A stretch of 40,516 nt of DNA from Gemmatimonadota bacterium (GCA_039588295.1 JBDHAB010000027.1:1-40516), one strand, 5' to 3'; positions 17,173 through 27,953 are shown, counted from the stretch's first letter. The notes: generated by a model not told the origin, from the sequence alone. Made by a program: numbers and translations.

Positions 17173-17973
17173 CTAACCGGCTCCCGGCTCTTCCTGTTTG
17201 GCCTCGTCCCACAGGCGGTCCAACGCGTCCAGGCCCGCTCTGCCCACATCGATGCCGCGATCTGCCGCCAGTTCTTCGATTCGCCGGAATCGCGCCTCGA
17301 ACTTCGCGTTCGCCTGTTCGAGCGCCTCCCGGGGATCGCACCCCAGCTTGCGCGAGAGATTGACCGCGGCAAACAGGAGATCGCCGATCTCACGGACGGC
17401 GGCCTCGTGCGAGGTCTGCGGTCGCGACAACTCCTCCGCGATTTCGTCGGTTTCCTCGCGGACTTTGGCTAGTGGACCCGACGAGTCGGGCCAGTCGAAG
17501 CCAACGCCCGCCGCTCGCTCCTGGAGTCGGTATGCCATGAGGAGCGCAGGGAGGGTCGGGGGAAGGCCATCGAGCACGCTTGAGCGGTCGGGTCCGGGTT
17601 CTCCGAGCTTGGTCTGCTCCCACGTGTCCTCCGGCGGTCCCGCGTGTACCGCGTCGCCGCTCTCGGCAAAGAGATGCGGGTGGCGGCGCCACATCTTCCG
17701 CTCCACGACGCGGGTGAGATCCTCCGCGCCAAACGCGCCCGCCTCTTCGGCGAGCACGATCTGGAAGGCGACGTGCAGCAACACGTCGCCGAGTTCCTCC
17801 TTGATCAGATCCGTGTCATGGCGTCCGAGAGCGTAATCGAGCTCCAGGACTTCCTCCACGAGGTAGGGTCGCAAAGTCGCCGGCGTTTGCGCCGCGTCCC
17901 AGGGGCAGCGGCGTCGGAGTTCCCGCACCAATTCGACGACGCGCCCAAGCGCTGATGGTTCTTGCATTTGCAT
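17173..17973 (-). CDS. mazG: Nucleoside triphosphate pyrophosphohydrolase MazG
   Basis: CPWD..QT, EELGDVL, RRHPH, GFDW and EIGDLLF tandem MazG domains; start at ATG 17973 or 17967. Confidence 0.95.
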   Translation of the reverse strand: MQMQEPSALGRVVELVRELRRRCPWDAAQTPATLRPYLVEEVLELDYALGRHDTDLIKEELGDVLLHVAFQIVLAEEAGAFGAEDLTRVVERKMWRRHPHLFAESGDAVHAGPPEDTWEQTKLGEPGPDRSSVLDGLPPTLPALLMAYRLQERAAGVGFDWPDSSGPLAKVREETDEIAEELSRPQTSHEAAVREIGDLLFAAVNLSRKLGCDPREALEQANAKFEARFRRIEELAADRGIDVGRAGLDALDRLWDEAKQEEPGAG

Positions 17974-18015
17974 AGTGTGGCCGGTACAATACGCCTCCGT
18001 TTGTGAGCGTGTCAA
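17962..18015. promoter_or_regulatory. Putative bidirectional promoter for mazG and alr
   Basis: Plus strand TTGCAT(17962-67)-N17-TACAAT(17985-90); minus strand TTGACA(18015-10)-N18-TATTGT(17991-86); the two -10 boxes overlap. Confidence 0.6.
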
Positions 18016-19076
18016 CGAGGCGATCGAATCATCGCGCGTGGGTGCGGATCGACCTGGCGAATCTCCGTGCAAATGCGCAGGCGGTCCGGGACGCGGCTGA
18101 GAGCGCGCTGCTCCCGGTTGTGAAGGCGGATGCCTACGGGTTGGGGGCCGTACGGGTGGCTCGTGCGCTGGAGGCGTTGGACCCGTGGGGATTCGCGGTA
18201 GCCACGGTCGACGAGGCGGTTGCCTTGCGGGCCGCCGGCCTGCGCTGGCCCGTCCTGGTGTTCACGCCGGCAAGCCTCGGGTTGGAGGCCGTCTACCGGG
18301 AACACGACCTGCGTGCCGTACTCGATGACCCCGATGCCGTGACGCACTGGGACGTGCCGTTCCATCTCGAGATCGATAGCGGCATGGGGCGGTGCGGTGT
18401 GAGATGGGACGATCCGGATGCCATTGGCGCCTGCAACTCCCCGCGGCTCGAGGGCGCGTTCACTCATTGCTACGCGGCAGATCGAGATGCGGAGAGTGTT
18501 CAGGAGCAGTGGACACGGTTCGCCCGCGCACTTCGCGCGCTGTCACCGCGGCCGCCACTGGTACATGTGGCCAATAGCGCCGCCGCCTGGAGGCTCAAGC
18601 AGCGACTCGATCTCATTCGTCCGGGCATCTATCTGTACGGTGGGGAACATGCACCGGACCTTCCGCACGCACTGCCGGTCGTGTCCGTGCGGGCGCCGGT
18701 GGTGAGCGTTCGCCGGATGCCTGCCGGATCGACCGTGAGCTACGGGGGGGATTGGGTGGCGCCCCGGGACACGGTGGTGGCTACCCTGGGGATCGGCTAC
18801 GCAGATGGAGTCCCGAGGTCGGTGCAGGGGCGTGCCCACGTGCTGGTCAACGGTGATCGCCGGCCCGTGGTTGGCCGTGTCACCATGGACTTCATCATGA
18901 TCGATCTCGGGGAGGCGCAACCCACCGTACGCGTCGGGGATCTCGTGACGGTCATCGGTCAGGAGGGGCCCGACACGATCACGATCGACGAGTTCGCGAG
19001 CTGGGGAGGGACGATCGCCTACGAGGCGCTCGTTCGACTCGGCGCGAGAATGGGAAGGGAATACGTCGGCGTATGA
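18003..19076 (+). CDS. alr: Alanine racemase
   Basis: VVKADAYG (PLP lysine), DSGMGRCG, RPGIYLYG, VSYG, GYADG and GRVTMD motifs. Confidence 0.97.
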   Translation: MSVSTRRSNHRAWVRIDLANLRANAQAVRDAAESALLPVVKADAYGLGAVRVARALEALDPWGFAVATVDEAVALRAAGLRWPVLVFTPASLGLEAVYREHDLRAVLDDPDAVTHWDVPFHLEIDSGMGRCGVRWDDPDAIGACNSPRLEGAFTHCYAADRDAESVQEQWTRFARALRALSPRPPLVHVANSAAAWRLKQRLDLIRPGIYLYGGEHAPDLPHALPVVSVRAPVVSVRRMPAGSTVSYGGDWVAPRDTVVATLGIGYADGVPRSVQGRAHVLVNGDRRPVVGRVTMDFIMIDLGEAQPTVRVGDLVTVIGQEGPDTITIDEFASWGGTIAYEALVRLGARMGREYVGV

Positions 19077-20248
19077 CAGGCGGGAGCCGCGGTCGTGTTG
19101 CACTGGTTGTGCTCGACGGGGTGGGGATCGGGGTGGCCCCCGACGCCGCGGACTACGGAGACGCGGGCAGTGATACACTCGGCAATGTCGCCCGCGCCGT
19201 GGGTGGTCTCGAGTTGCCGTACCTCGAGCGACTCGGGCTGGGATGCTGCCGCCCACTCGCCGGCATGCGGTGTGCCGAACCCGAGGCCGCGCACGGCGTG
19301 GCGCTCCCGCGTTCGAAGGGCAAGGACAGCACCAGCGGTCACTGGGAGCTCTGTGGCGTCGTGCTGGACCGTGCGTTCCCGACATATCCGGCGGGGTTCC
19401 CCGCCGCCGTCGCGTCCGCGTTCGCGGAGCGTACCGGTCGAGGAGTACTGGGCAACAAGACGGCCTCCGGGACGGGCATCATCGCAGAGTTGGGTGCGCG
19501 CCAACTCGAGAGCGGTGATTGGATCGTGTACACCTCGGCGGACAGCGTCTTTCAGGTGGCGGCGCACGAGGAACGGATTCCGCTCGAAGAGCTGTATGCA
19601 GCCTGTGAGATCGCCCGCCGCGAGGTCCTCGTCGGGGAGCACGCCGTATCCCGAGTCATCGCGCGCCCCTTCGTTGGGGAACCGGGGGCATTCCGTCGCA
19701 CGGAGAACCGTCGCGACTTCTCCCTCGAGCCCCCGACGGTCACGCTCCTCGATCGGCTGGCGGCAGCCGGCATCGAGCGGGTTGGGGTGGGAAAGGTCGA
19801 CGATCTCTTCGCCGGGCGGGCGGTAACGAGCGTGCACACTCCCACCAATGCCGAGGCGCTGGCGCGAATCGCGGCGGCCCTGGAGACCCTGGAGACCGGA
19901 TTGGTGTTCGCGAACGTCATCGAGTTCGATCAGGCGTGGGGGCACCGGAATGACGTTACGGGGTTCTACCATGGGCTGCGCGAGCTGGACGAGGCGCTGC
20001 CTGGGGTCGTGAAGCGGCTGGATCGCGGCGATCTGCTGATCTTGACGGCGGATCACGGGAACGACCCGACCACGGCGTCCACCGACCATTCGCGCGAAGC
20101 GGTACCGATCCTGGTGGTGGGACCGGGGGTGCGGCCGGTGCGTCTCGGAGAACGCGGTACCTTTGCGGACGTAGGAGCGACCGTAGCTGACTACTTTGGT
20201 GTGGGGTTCGACGTGGGTACGTCCTTTTTGGAACAGGTGACATCGTGA
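19073..20248 (+). CDS. deoB: Phosphopentomutase
   Basis: [49 protein letters not shown] and TADHGNDP motifs. Confidence 0.96.
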   Translation: MTGGSRGRVALVVLDGVGIGVAPDAADYGDAGSDTLGNVARAVGGLELPYLERLGLGCCRPLAGMRCAEPEAAHGVALPRSKGKDSTSGHWELCGVVLDRAFPTYPAGFPAAVASAFAERTGRGVLGNKTASGTGIIAELGARQLESGDWIVYTSADSVFQVAAHEERIPLEELYAACEIARREVLVGEHAVSRVIARPFVGEPGAFRRTENRRDFSLEPPTVTLLDRLAAAGIERVGVGKVDDLFAGRAVTSVHTPTNAEALARIAAALETLETGLVFANVIEFDQAWGHRNDVTGFYHGLRELDEALPGVVKRLDRGDLLILTADHGNDPTTASTDHSREAVPILVVGPGVRPVRLGERGTFADVGATVADYFGVGFDVGTSFLEQVTS

Positions 20249-20634
20249 CGGACGCGTTGGTGGTGGCGGCACGGGCGGCGCTGCGGAACGCCCACGCCCC
20301 GTACAGCGGCTACAAAGTCGGTGCCGCGCTGGAGACGGTCGACGGTCGGGTCTTCGCGGGGGCCAACGTGGAAAACGCCTCGTACGGTGTCACGAACTGC
20401 GCGGAGCGGGTCGCCTTGGGGGCGGCCGTCGCGAGCGGCGCCCGGCAGTTTCGCCGCATTGTGATCGTGACAGATTCGCTGCGGCCGGCGTCGCCGTGCG
20501 GCGCCTGTCGCCAGGCGTTGGCGGAGTTTGGACTGAATCTCGAAGTAGAGTCGTTCGGGGCACGAGATGCCCGGAGCTGGCGTCTCGAGGCGCTCCTTCC
20601 CGATGCATTCGGCCCAAAGGACCTGGACCGATGA
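20245..20634 (+). CDS. cdd: Cytidine deaminase (homotetrameric type)
   Basis: [21 protein letters not shown] and PCGACRQ zinc motifs. Confidence 0.96.
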   Translation: MTDALVVAARAALRNAHAPYSGYKVGAALETVDGRVFAGANVENASYGVTNCAERVALGAAVASGARQFRRIVIVTDSLRPASPCGACRQALAEFGLNLEVESFGARDARSWRLEALLPDAFGPKDLDR

Positions 20635-21896
20635 GGTGGCCGACCTGGAGACGACGGGGCGAGAGCGTCAGCGCGGCGGTACGGCAGGCGCGCGTCGGCT
20701 ACGGGCTGTTGCCCCTGGTTGCGGTGGCCATCGTCGGGTGTGAGGAGGCGTTGACGGCGCCCGGTGCGTGCCCCGATTTCTGCCCTAGCGTGGTGTTGGA
20801 AGTGCGCGATACGGTCATTGAGGGATCGCTCGAGCGCGACGAATGGGTGCGTGGGTACTTCCAGCCGTACCAGGCGGCAGCGTTGCGGATCGCGTCACCC
20901 GCCGCGGGGATCGAGAGCCGAGGGATCATTCGCTTCACGGCGTTCGGTGAGGAGTTCAACGAGGGGGGAGAGTTGCGCCCGATTGTCTCACTCGACTCGT
21001 TCCGTGTGGATCTCGGGTTGCTCCGACAGTTTGCAGGGGTAGACTCGCTCGAGTTCGCCATCCACCGCCTGCCGATCGACGTCGACACGACAACGACGTT
21101 CTTGGCTGTAGATCCGTTGTTCGACGACAGCACCCTCATTGGAACGCTGGTGGTGCCGGACAGCGTGGAGTCCGGTACCGTGTCGCTGGTACTCCCCGGG
21201 GACGCGTTCCCGACCTTCGCTGCGGACAGTCAGCGCGCCGCGATCGGTCTTGCGGTGCGCGGTGCCGCTCCAGCCTGGGCGGACGTGCGCAGTCGCGAAG
21301 GTGTGGCCAGTGCCATTGTGCCGGCTTCGTTGGTCCGGTTCGTGACTATCGACTCCGCTGATGGTGAAACGGCGGAGCGGCTCGACACCCGGCAGGTGGG
21401 CTTCGACACCTTTGTAGCGCCGGATCTCGCGCCACCGGCCCCCGACGTGCTCGCGGTCGGGGGCCTGCCGTCGGCCCGGGCATTCCTGCGGGTCAACCTC
21501 CCGCTGGGGATCATGGACTCGTCCGAAGTTGTGAGAGCCACGCTGCTGCTGGTGCCGTCCGAGCCCGTGATCGGGAGCATGGGAGATACGGTGAAATTGC
21601 GGGCGCTGGGCCTGCAGGCGGACGTGGGTCCGAAGTCGCCGTTCTTCTTGGCGCCCGCGGATTCGGTCGGGGCGGCGGACGTGCTCGTGGGCGCGACCGA
21701 CACGATCGAAGTGGATATCACGTACCTGGTTCGCCCTTGGCAAGGCGATAGCACGCTTGCTCGCGCGCTGCTGCTCACCGTCACGCCCGAAGCCGGTTCG
21801 TTGGGTGAGATTCGGCTCCGCTCGACGCGAAGCCTCCAGGGGGCGCCGGCTATGCGCGTCACCTATGTCCCGCTCTTCTTCGAGGCCAGCCCGTGA
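20631..21896 (+). CDS. Hypothetical beta-rich lipoprotein
   Basis: Basic n-region, hydrophobic h-region, lipobox IVG-C followed by EE and CPDFCP; ATGA and GTGA overlaps with its neighbours. Confidence 0.75.
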   Translation: MRWPTWRRRGESVSAAVRQARVGYGLLPLVAVAIVGCEEALTAPGACPDFCPSVVLEVRDTVIEGSLERDEWVRGYFQPYQAAALRIASPAAGIESRGIIRFTAFGEEFNEGGELRPIVSLDSFRVDLGLLRQFAGVDSLEFAIHRLPIDVDTTTTFLAVDPLFDDSTLIGTLVVPDSVESGTVSLVLPGDAFPTFAADSQRAAIGLAVRGAAPAWADVRSREGVASAIVPASLVRFVTIDSADGETAERLDTRQVGFDTFVAPDLAPPAPDVLAVGGLPSARAFLRVNLPLGIMDSSEVVRATLLLVPSEPVIGSMGDTVKLRALGLQADVGPKSPFFLAPADSVGAADVLVGATDTIEVDITYLVRPWQGDSTLARALLLTVTPEAGSLGEIRLRSTRSLQGAPAMRVTYVPLFFEASP

Positions 21897-23041
21897 CGAG
21901 GCGGACGGCGTTCCTTGTCCTCATTGCGCTCGGACTGCTGAGTGCAGATCGAGCCGCGGCGCAAGTCTCGGTGTACGGTGTGCTGGGGCTCGGCATTCCC
22001 GGTCGCCCAGCGAGCATCCGCGCCCGCGCGTTGGGGAGCGGCCTCGACGCGGTCGACGCGACTGGAGCGGTGAACCCGGCGGCGACGGCACTGCAGCAGC
22101 GCCTCGCGGTTTCGGGCTATGTGGTAACGTCGGGGCGCCGGTACGAGGCGGGCACGGTGAATCGAGGCGACCTGCGCGACACGCGGTTTCCGTTTGTGCT
22201 CATCGCCGGCCCGATCCCCGGAGCGCCCGTCGCGTTCGCCTTGAGTTACGCGGCCTACACCGATCGCAGCTACGACTTGACGAGTTCCGACACTGTGACC
22301 CTCCGCGGCACCCCGGTGACGGCGACCGATCGCATCCGGTCCGACGGTGGCCTGGTCGATGTTCGAGGCGCCATCGGGTGGAACGTCACCACCAGACTCC
22401 AGCTCGGGCTAGGAGTCCATTTGATCAGCGGGTCGACCCGTGAGTCTCGGAGCCGCCAGTTCGACGATCCAAACTACGGTCCGGTGTCGCAGCGGGGAGA
22501 CGTGTCCTATTCCGGTTGGGGAGTGTCCGTGGGGGCGCTTTTGACGCCGGCAAGCTGGCTGAGGCTCGGTGTCTCCGGCCGACGGGACTCCCGCGTCGAA
22601 GTTACGGGTCCATTGTTGCCGGTGGTCGAGACCCAGCTACCCACGACGCTCACGGCCGGATTCACGGTCGCGCCCCTGCGGTCGCTCCGCTGGTCGACGT
22701 CGATCAGCTGGCGCTCCTGGTCCGACGCGCGCGATGACATTCCGGATAGCTTCAACCTGAGCGTGTTCGACACGTGGGAGTTCGGCAGCGGCGTGGAGCT
22801 CGGGGGTCCAGACATCGGTGTGTCGCGTATTCCGCTGCGTGTCGGCGTACGGTACGCGCAGCTTCCATTCAGTCCGACCGCCGACCAGCCCACCGAGGTG
22901 AATATTTCGGTCGGCTCAGGTCTCGCGTTCGCCGGAAACCGGGCCATGTTCGAGTTTTCGGTCGAGCGGGTGCGCCGCGACGGGGGAGGGGCACTCGAGC
23001 GGGCATGGCATATCCTGTTCGGACTCACGCTCCGTCCTTGA
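21893..23041 (+). CDS. Outer-membrane beta-barrel protein, FadL/TodX-like
   Basis: Signal peptide AAA-Q; N-terminal hatch-like RARALG...VNPA; alternating amphipathic strands; PLRVGVRY; terminal strand HILFGLTLRP. Confidence 0.75.
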   Translation: MTRRTAFLVLIALGLLSADRAAAQVSVYGVLGLGIPGRPASIRARALGSGLDAVDATGAVNPAATALQQRLAVSGYVVTSGRRYEAGTVNRGDLRDTRFPFVLIAGPIPGAPVAFALSYAAYTDRSYDLTSSDTVTLRGTPVTATDRIRSDGGLVDVRGAIGWNVTTRLQLGLGVHLISGSTRESRSRQFDDPNYGPVSQRGDVSYSGWGVSVGALLTPASWLRLGVSGRRDSRVEVTGPLLPVVETQLPTTLTAGFTVAPLRSLRWSTSISWRSWSDARDDIPDSFNLSVFDTWEFGSGVELGGPDIGVSRIPLRVGVRYAQLPFSPTADQPTEVNISVGSGLAFAGNRAMFEFSVERVRRDGGGALERAWHILFGLTLRP

Positions 23042-24297
23042 TGCGCGTCGCTCTCCACACATTCGGCTGCAAGGCGAACCAATACGACTCGGAGGTCGTG
23101 CGGCAGGCACTCGAGGCAGCCGGCGTGACCGTGGTCGACGAGTCGGCTGAGGCCGATGCCGCGGTGGTCAACTCCTGCACGGTCACGCACGTCAGCGAGG
23201 CCAAGATGCGGGGGCTCGTGCGGCGACTGGCGCGACGGAGTCCGGGCATTCACACGGTGGTGATGGGGTGTGCGGCCGCACTCGACGACGGGACGATCGA
23301 ACGGCTCCCCGGTGTCGTCGACGTGATCGGTGGATCCGATCCCACCCGTGTGCTGGCCGCGCTGGAGCTGCCGACCGAGTCCGTGCCCCGCACGTTGCGC
23401 TCGTTCAACCGGGGGTCCCGGGCATGGCTCAAGATCCAGGATGGGTGCGACGAGCACTGCACGTTTTGCGCGACCACCCTCGCGCGCGGAGCGAACCGAT
23501 CGCGTCCAATGGACGAGGTGGTGCGGGAAGCGGCGACGTTGGCGAGCGTGCATGCGGAGATTGTCCTGACCGGCGTGCATATCGGCACGTACGGACACGA
23601 CCTCGCCGACGGGGTCAGCTTGAGCACGCTGGCGGAGACACTGGTGGCAGCGGTGCCGGACGTGCGAATCCGGCTCTCGTCGGTCGAGGCGACCGAGTTG
23701 GACCATCGGCTCGGTACCCTGATGCGGACCGAGCCAGGGCGTCTCGCGCCCCACCTCCATGCGCCGCTACAGTCCGGGAGTGATCGCGTGCTCCGCCGCA
23801 TGGGGCGCCACTGGTACACGGCTGCAACCTACTGCGACCGCATTGAACGCCTCGCGGCGGACCTCCCGGCGCTCGGATTGGGCGCAGATGTCATGGTGGG
23901 GTTTCCGGGCGAGACCGAGGCCGACCATGAGCGCACCTGCGCGCTCATCGAGGCGCTACCGTTCACCTATCTCCACGTGTTTCCGTATTCGGAGCGTCTT
24001 GGCGCGCCCGCGCGGCGGCTCGGACCGCCCGTCGATCCCGCGGTCGCTCACAGACGGGCTGCGGAACTGCGCACCCTTGGTCACGTGAAGGGCGAACGCT
24101 ACCGGCGCCTTCGCTCGGGCACGCAGGCCGACGTGGTGGTCGTGCGACGCCGAGCAGGCCGGTTCGAGGGACTGACCGAGGACTACCTGACCGTGCACGG
24201 GCCGGTGGGCCGTCCACCCCGTGGCCGGTTCGACGCGCAGCTCGAGTGTGAATCCGACGGCGGCATGCGTGCGGTCGTTCCCGAAGGTCTCCCATGA
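23041..24297 (+). CDS. mtaB: Radical-SAM methylthiotransferase, MtaB-like
   Basis: TFGCKANQYDS, NSCTVT, KIQDGCDEHCTFC, LTGVHIG, LSSVE and HVFPYS motifs; TGATG overlap with the barrel gene. Confidence 0.85.
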   Translation: MRVALHTFGCKANQYDSEVVRQALEAAGVTVVDESAEADAAVVNSCTVTHVSEAKMRGLVRRLARRSPGIHTVVMGCAAALDDGTIERLPGVVDVIGGSDPTRVLAALELPTESVPRTLRSFNRGSRAWLKIQDGCDEHCTFCATTLARGANRSRPMDEVVREAATLASVHAEIVLTGVHIGTYGHDLADGVSLSTLAETLVAAVPDVRIRLSSVEATELDHRLGTLMRTEPGRLAPHLHAPLQSGSDRVLRRMGRHWYTAATYCDRIERLAADLPALGLGADVMVGFPGETEADHERTCALIEALPFTYLHVFPYSERLGAPARRLGPPVDPAVAHRRAAELRTLGHVKGERYRRLRSGTQADVVVVRRRAGRFEGLTEDYLTVHGPVGRPPRGRFDAQLECESDGGMRAVVPEGLP

Positions 24298-25619
24298 GCC
24301 GCCGCGTCTACATCGAGACCTACGGCTGCCAGATGAACGTCGCCGACACCGAGTTGATCCTCGGTCACCTGGGCGGCGAGGGGTATGCCGTCTCGGAGGA
24401 CCCCACGGACGCCGACGTGCTGCTGGTCAACACCTGTGCGGTGCGGGACAACGCCGAGCAACGCGTCATTGGGCGGTTGGGAGAGCTCAAGCGGCACAAG
24501 CGTGCAGGTGATGTGCTGGGCGTTGTCGGCTGCATGGCGCAGCGATTGGGCGCGGGACTGCTGGACCAGGTGCCACATGTCGATCTCGTGGTGGGGCCAG
24601 ATGGATACCGCGGGCTCCCCGACCTGATCGCGAACGCACTGGATGGAATGCGGGTCGCGGATGTGGAATTCAAATCCTGGGAGCACTACGAGGACGTCCC
24701 CGCCCACCGGATGGCCGATCGTGCCAGCGCATTCGTGACGGTGCAACGTGGGTGCGATTATCGGTGCACGTTCTGCATCGTTCCGATGACGCGCGGCCGA
24801 GAGCGGAGTCGCAAACTCGGTGACGTGCTGCGTGAAGTGAACCAGCTCGCACAAGGCGCGGTGACCGAGGTAACGCTCCTTGGCCAGACCGTGAACAGCT
24901 ATGCAGACGGCGAGCACGACTTCGCCGACCTGCTTCGCGCCGTGGGTGCAGTGGACGGAATTCGGCGCGTCCGATTTACGAGCCCCTACCCGAATGATTT
25001 CACGGACCGGACGATCGAGACGATGGCCGAAGTGGACCCCGTCTGCGAGCACGTGCATCTGCCGGTGCAGAGCGGTTCGTCTCGGGTCCTCAAGCGCATG
25101 GGCCGTCGCTACGACCGGGCGCGGTACCTCGAATGCGTGGACCGGCTGCGAAAGGCCATTCCGGACTTGGCGATCACGACGGACATCATTGTGGGGTTCC
25201 CGGGCGAGACGGACGACGATTTCCGTGACACTGAAACGCTCGTACGGGACGTCGAATTCGACGACGCGTTCACCTTCAAGTACTCGCCGCGCGACGGTAC
25301 CGGTGCCGTGCGTCTTCCCGATCCGGTACCGGAGCATCTATCGGGTCGTCGGCTCGAGCAGCTCATCGCCACCGTTCGCGAAGTCTCGCGACGCAGAAAT
25401 CTGCGCCTGGTCGGCAGCGTGCACGAAGTGCTGGTCGAGAAGCAGGCACGCCGAGGTGGCCGACTGCAGGCACGAACCCGCACGAACAAGATCGTGCTGG
25501 TCGACGGTCCTCCCGAGTGGATCGGCAGCTACCGGTCCGTTCGACTCGTTGGCACGACCGGCGCTACCTTTGCCGGGGTGCCCGCCATGCCCGCCCGGGA
25601 GATGGCCATGCTGGGCTAG
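24294..25619 (+). CDS. miaB: tRNA-2-methylthio-N6-dimethylallyladenosine synthase MiaB
   Basis: ETYGCQMNVAD, NTCAVRDNAE, GCDYRCTFC, LLGQTVNSY motifs and a C-terminal TRAM domain. Confidence 0.96.
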   Translation: MSRRVYIETYGCQMNVADTELILGHLGGEGYAVSEDPTDADVLLVNTCAVRDNAEQRVIGRLGELKRHKRAGDVLGVVGCMAQRLGAGLLDQVPHVDLVVGPDGYRGLPDLIANALDGMRVADVEFKSWEHYEDVPAHRMADRASAFVTVQRGCDYRCTFCIVPMTRGRERSRKLGDVLREVNQLAQGAVTEVTLLGQTVNSYADGEHDFADLLRAVGAVDGIRRVRFTSPYPNDFTDRTIETMAEVDPVCEHVHLPVQSGSSRVLKRMGRRYDRARYLECVDRLRKAIPDLAITTDIIVGFPGETDDDFRDTETLVRDVEFDDAFTFKYSPRDGTGAVRLPDPVPEHLSGRRLEQLIATVREVSRRRNLRLVGSVHEVLVEKQARRGGRLQARTRTNKIVLVDGPPEWIGSYRSVRLVGTTGATFAGVPAMPAREMAMLG

Positions 25620-25652
25620 GGCCGCCCGTCGACGGCGGTTCGCCGGTGGAGC

Positions 25653-27953
25653 GTGACGCCGCCGATCGCCCAGCTCGTCATGGCTTATGGGGCCGGTCTT
25701 TGGATCGGCCTCGTTTTTCTGGTGTCCCTCCCGGTGATTTGGCTCCTCGTCGCCGCGACGGCGGGCGTGTTGTGGTGGCGTGCGTGGGCCGCGACGGTGG
25801 TGGCAGCCGCCGCTCTGGGTGTCATTGCAGGAACGGTGCGAGGACGGGCCGAGTACTCCACGTGCCGTGCTCGATGGCAGCCGGGCGAGCATGCCGCCCT
25901 GATTGCCGTGCACGATGCCCCGGGGCGCTCGGGGACGGCGCGTGGCACGGTGCTGTTCGCGCCGGAGGCGTGTGATGGATTGGTGCGCCTCCGGGTGCGT
26001 GACGAGCGCATTCCCGCGGGGGCTCGGATCCTGGCCGTAGGAATGCATCGATCGAACGGCGTCCTGTCGGTCACCCACCTTCGCGTGTTGGATGGGAAGC
26101 GCGGCTGGCGGTTCCGCGTCCGCGACATCGTTGCTCGACGCCTCAGGGCACTCTACGGTGCGCGAGCCGGGCTTGTCGAGGCGATCGTGCTTGGTCGGCG
26201 TGACGACATTCCCCGCGCGCTGCGCCAACGGTTTGCCAATGCGGGCCTCGCGCATCTCCTGGCCATCTCCGGCTTGCATGTGGGAGTGCTGGCCGGCTGG
26301 ATGCTGCTCGGCCTGCGGTGGCTCGGTCTCGGCCGGTCACGGTGGGTGTTCGGTGCCGCGGCCACGTGGGGCTACGTCGCGCTACTCGGGTTCCCGGCCC
26401 CCGCGACTCGAGCGGCCTCGTTCATTACCGCGTACGCCGTCTCACGCATGCGGCAGCGGCATCCGCCGGCGTCGGCAGTTCTGTCCTTCGCGGTGCTGGT
26501 CGTGGCACAAGTGGACCCAGCGGCGCTGACGGCGGTCGGCACATGGTTGTCCGTTGCAGCCGTGTACGGAACCTCGTGGGGAACTCGACTCATCGGACGG
26601 CGTCGATCGCGGGTCCTTCCCATACGACTCGTTGCGGCGTCCTGCGGCGCCGTTCTGATCACCGCGCCGATCACAGCGTACGCATTTGGTGCCGTTGCGC
26701 CGGTTGGGCTCCTCACCAACCTGCTGGCCATACCGTTGGCCGGCGTCGCGGTCCCGGGCATCTTCGGCAGCATCGCGCTCGGAGAGGTGTTTGCCGGAGG
26801 TGCCGGGCTCGCGTTGGCGATGATCGAACACCTCGCCACGTTCGGTGCGGCGGTTCCGGGAGGCCATTTGATGGGCGTTCCCGGCGTCCGGTTCGCCCTG
26901 CCGTGGTGTTGCCTCGTGGGTGCGGTGTGCTGGATGACGACCGGACCGAGGGTGAGGCCCCGGCTCGCCAAACGGGGACTTGCCGTAGTCGTGGCGGCGG
27001 CATGGACGTCGTCCCTCTTGACGGTCCCGTGGTTCCGTGGGGGAGCCGGGACCGTGGAGATGCACGTCCTCGACGTGGGGCAGGGTGACGCGATTGCGAT
27101 CCGCTCCGCGCGCGGTCGGTGGCTGCTTATCGACGGTGGGCCCAGGACGGCAACGCGAGATGCCGGCCGTGCCGTCGTCCTTCCGTTCTTGCGCCGCCGT
27201 GGGGTGACCGAGCTCGCCGCGATGGTGGTGTCGCATGGCGATGCCGATCACCTTGGTGGCGTGCCAGCCATCCTCGAGGCAATAGGGAGCGACCTGGTGC
27301 TGGAGCCGGGGCAACCCCTGGGCACGCACCTGTACCTCGATTACCTGGCGATGATCGATGGGCAGGGACTCCGCTGGCGTGCGGCGCGCGTCGGCGACAC
27401 GCTCGCGGTCGACTCCATGGTGGTCTCCGTGCTCCATCCACCGAGCACATGGGTGTCACGACAGCTCGAGCCCAACGAGAATTCGCTGGTACTCCGGGTG
27501 CGCTACGGGTGCTTCGACGCCATTTTGGCGGGCGACGTGGGTGCGGCCGCAGAGGCTGTGCTCGGGCCGTCGATCGCCCCTGCCGAGGTGCTCAAGATCG
27601 GCCACCACGGCTCGGCCGGTGGCACGACCGATGCATGGTTGGAAACGGTCGGTCCACAGTCGGCCGTCATCAGCGTGGGGCCGAATCGCTACGGGCATCC
27701 GGCGCCCGCGGTGCTCGACCGCCTGCGCGAGCACCGCATCGACGTGTGGCGAACGGATCGCGACGGCACGGTAACCATCCGGACCGACGGACGCTATTTT
27801 TCGATTCATCGAGGCCAAGCACACTCTCTCGCCGGGAGCATTCGGTGCCGGATTCGTCAATTGTTACGATCGAGCGGTTCATCCTTAAGCAAGAACGACT
27901 GTACCCCGAGGCCACAGGCGACCTCACGAGCCTGCTCTACGACATCGCCCTAG
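25653..27953 (+). CDS. comEC: DNA internalization competence protein ComEC/Rec2
   Basis: [13 protein letters not shown] competence domain, multiple TMs, and metallo-beta-lactamase domain ([28 protein letters not shown]). Confidence 0.95.
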   Translation: MTPPIAQLVMAYGAGLWIGLVFLVSLPVIWLLVAATAGVLWWRAWAATVVAAAALGVIAGTVRGRAEYSTCRARWQPGEHAALIAVHDAPGRSGTARGTVLFAPEACDGLVRLRVRDERIPAGARILAVGMHRSNGVLSVTHLRVLDGKRGWRFRVRDIVARRLRALYGARAGLVEAIVLGRRDDIPRALRQRFANAGLAHLLAISGLHVGVLAGWMLLGLRWLGLGRSRWVFGAAATWGYVALLGFPAPATRAASFITAYAVSRMRQRHPPASAVLSFAVLVVAQVDPAALTAVGTWLSVAAVYGTSWGTRLIGRRRSRVLPIRLVAASCGAVLITAPITAYAFGAVAPVGLLTNLLAIPLAGVAVPGIFGSIALGEVFAGGAGLALAMIEHLATFGAAVPGGHLMGVPGVRFALPWCCLVGAVCWMTTGPRVRPRLAKRGLAVVVAAAWTSSLLTVPWFRGGAGTVEMHVLDVGQGDAIAIRSARGRWLLIDGGPRTATRDAGRAVVLPFLRRRGVTELAAMVVSHGDADHLGGVPAILEAIGSDLVLEPGQPLGTHLYLDYLAMIDGQGLRWRAARVGDTLAVDSMVVSVLHPPSTWVSRQLEPNENSLVLRVRYGCFDAILAGDVGAAAEAVLGPSIAPAEVLKIGHHGSAGGTTDAWLETVGPQSAVISVGPNRYGHPAPAVLDRLREHRIDVWRTDRDGTVTIRTDGRYFSIHRGQAHSLAGSIRCRIRQLLRSSGSSLSKNDCTPRPQATSRACSTTSP

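Noticed and set aside
25621..25639. Hairpin GCCGCC-N7-GGCGGT between miaB and comEC as a terminator
   Set aside because: Short, no U-tract, and likely by chance in GC-rich DNA.
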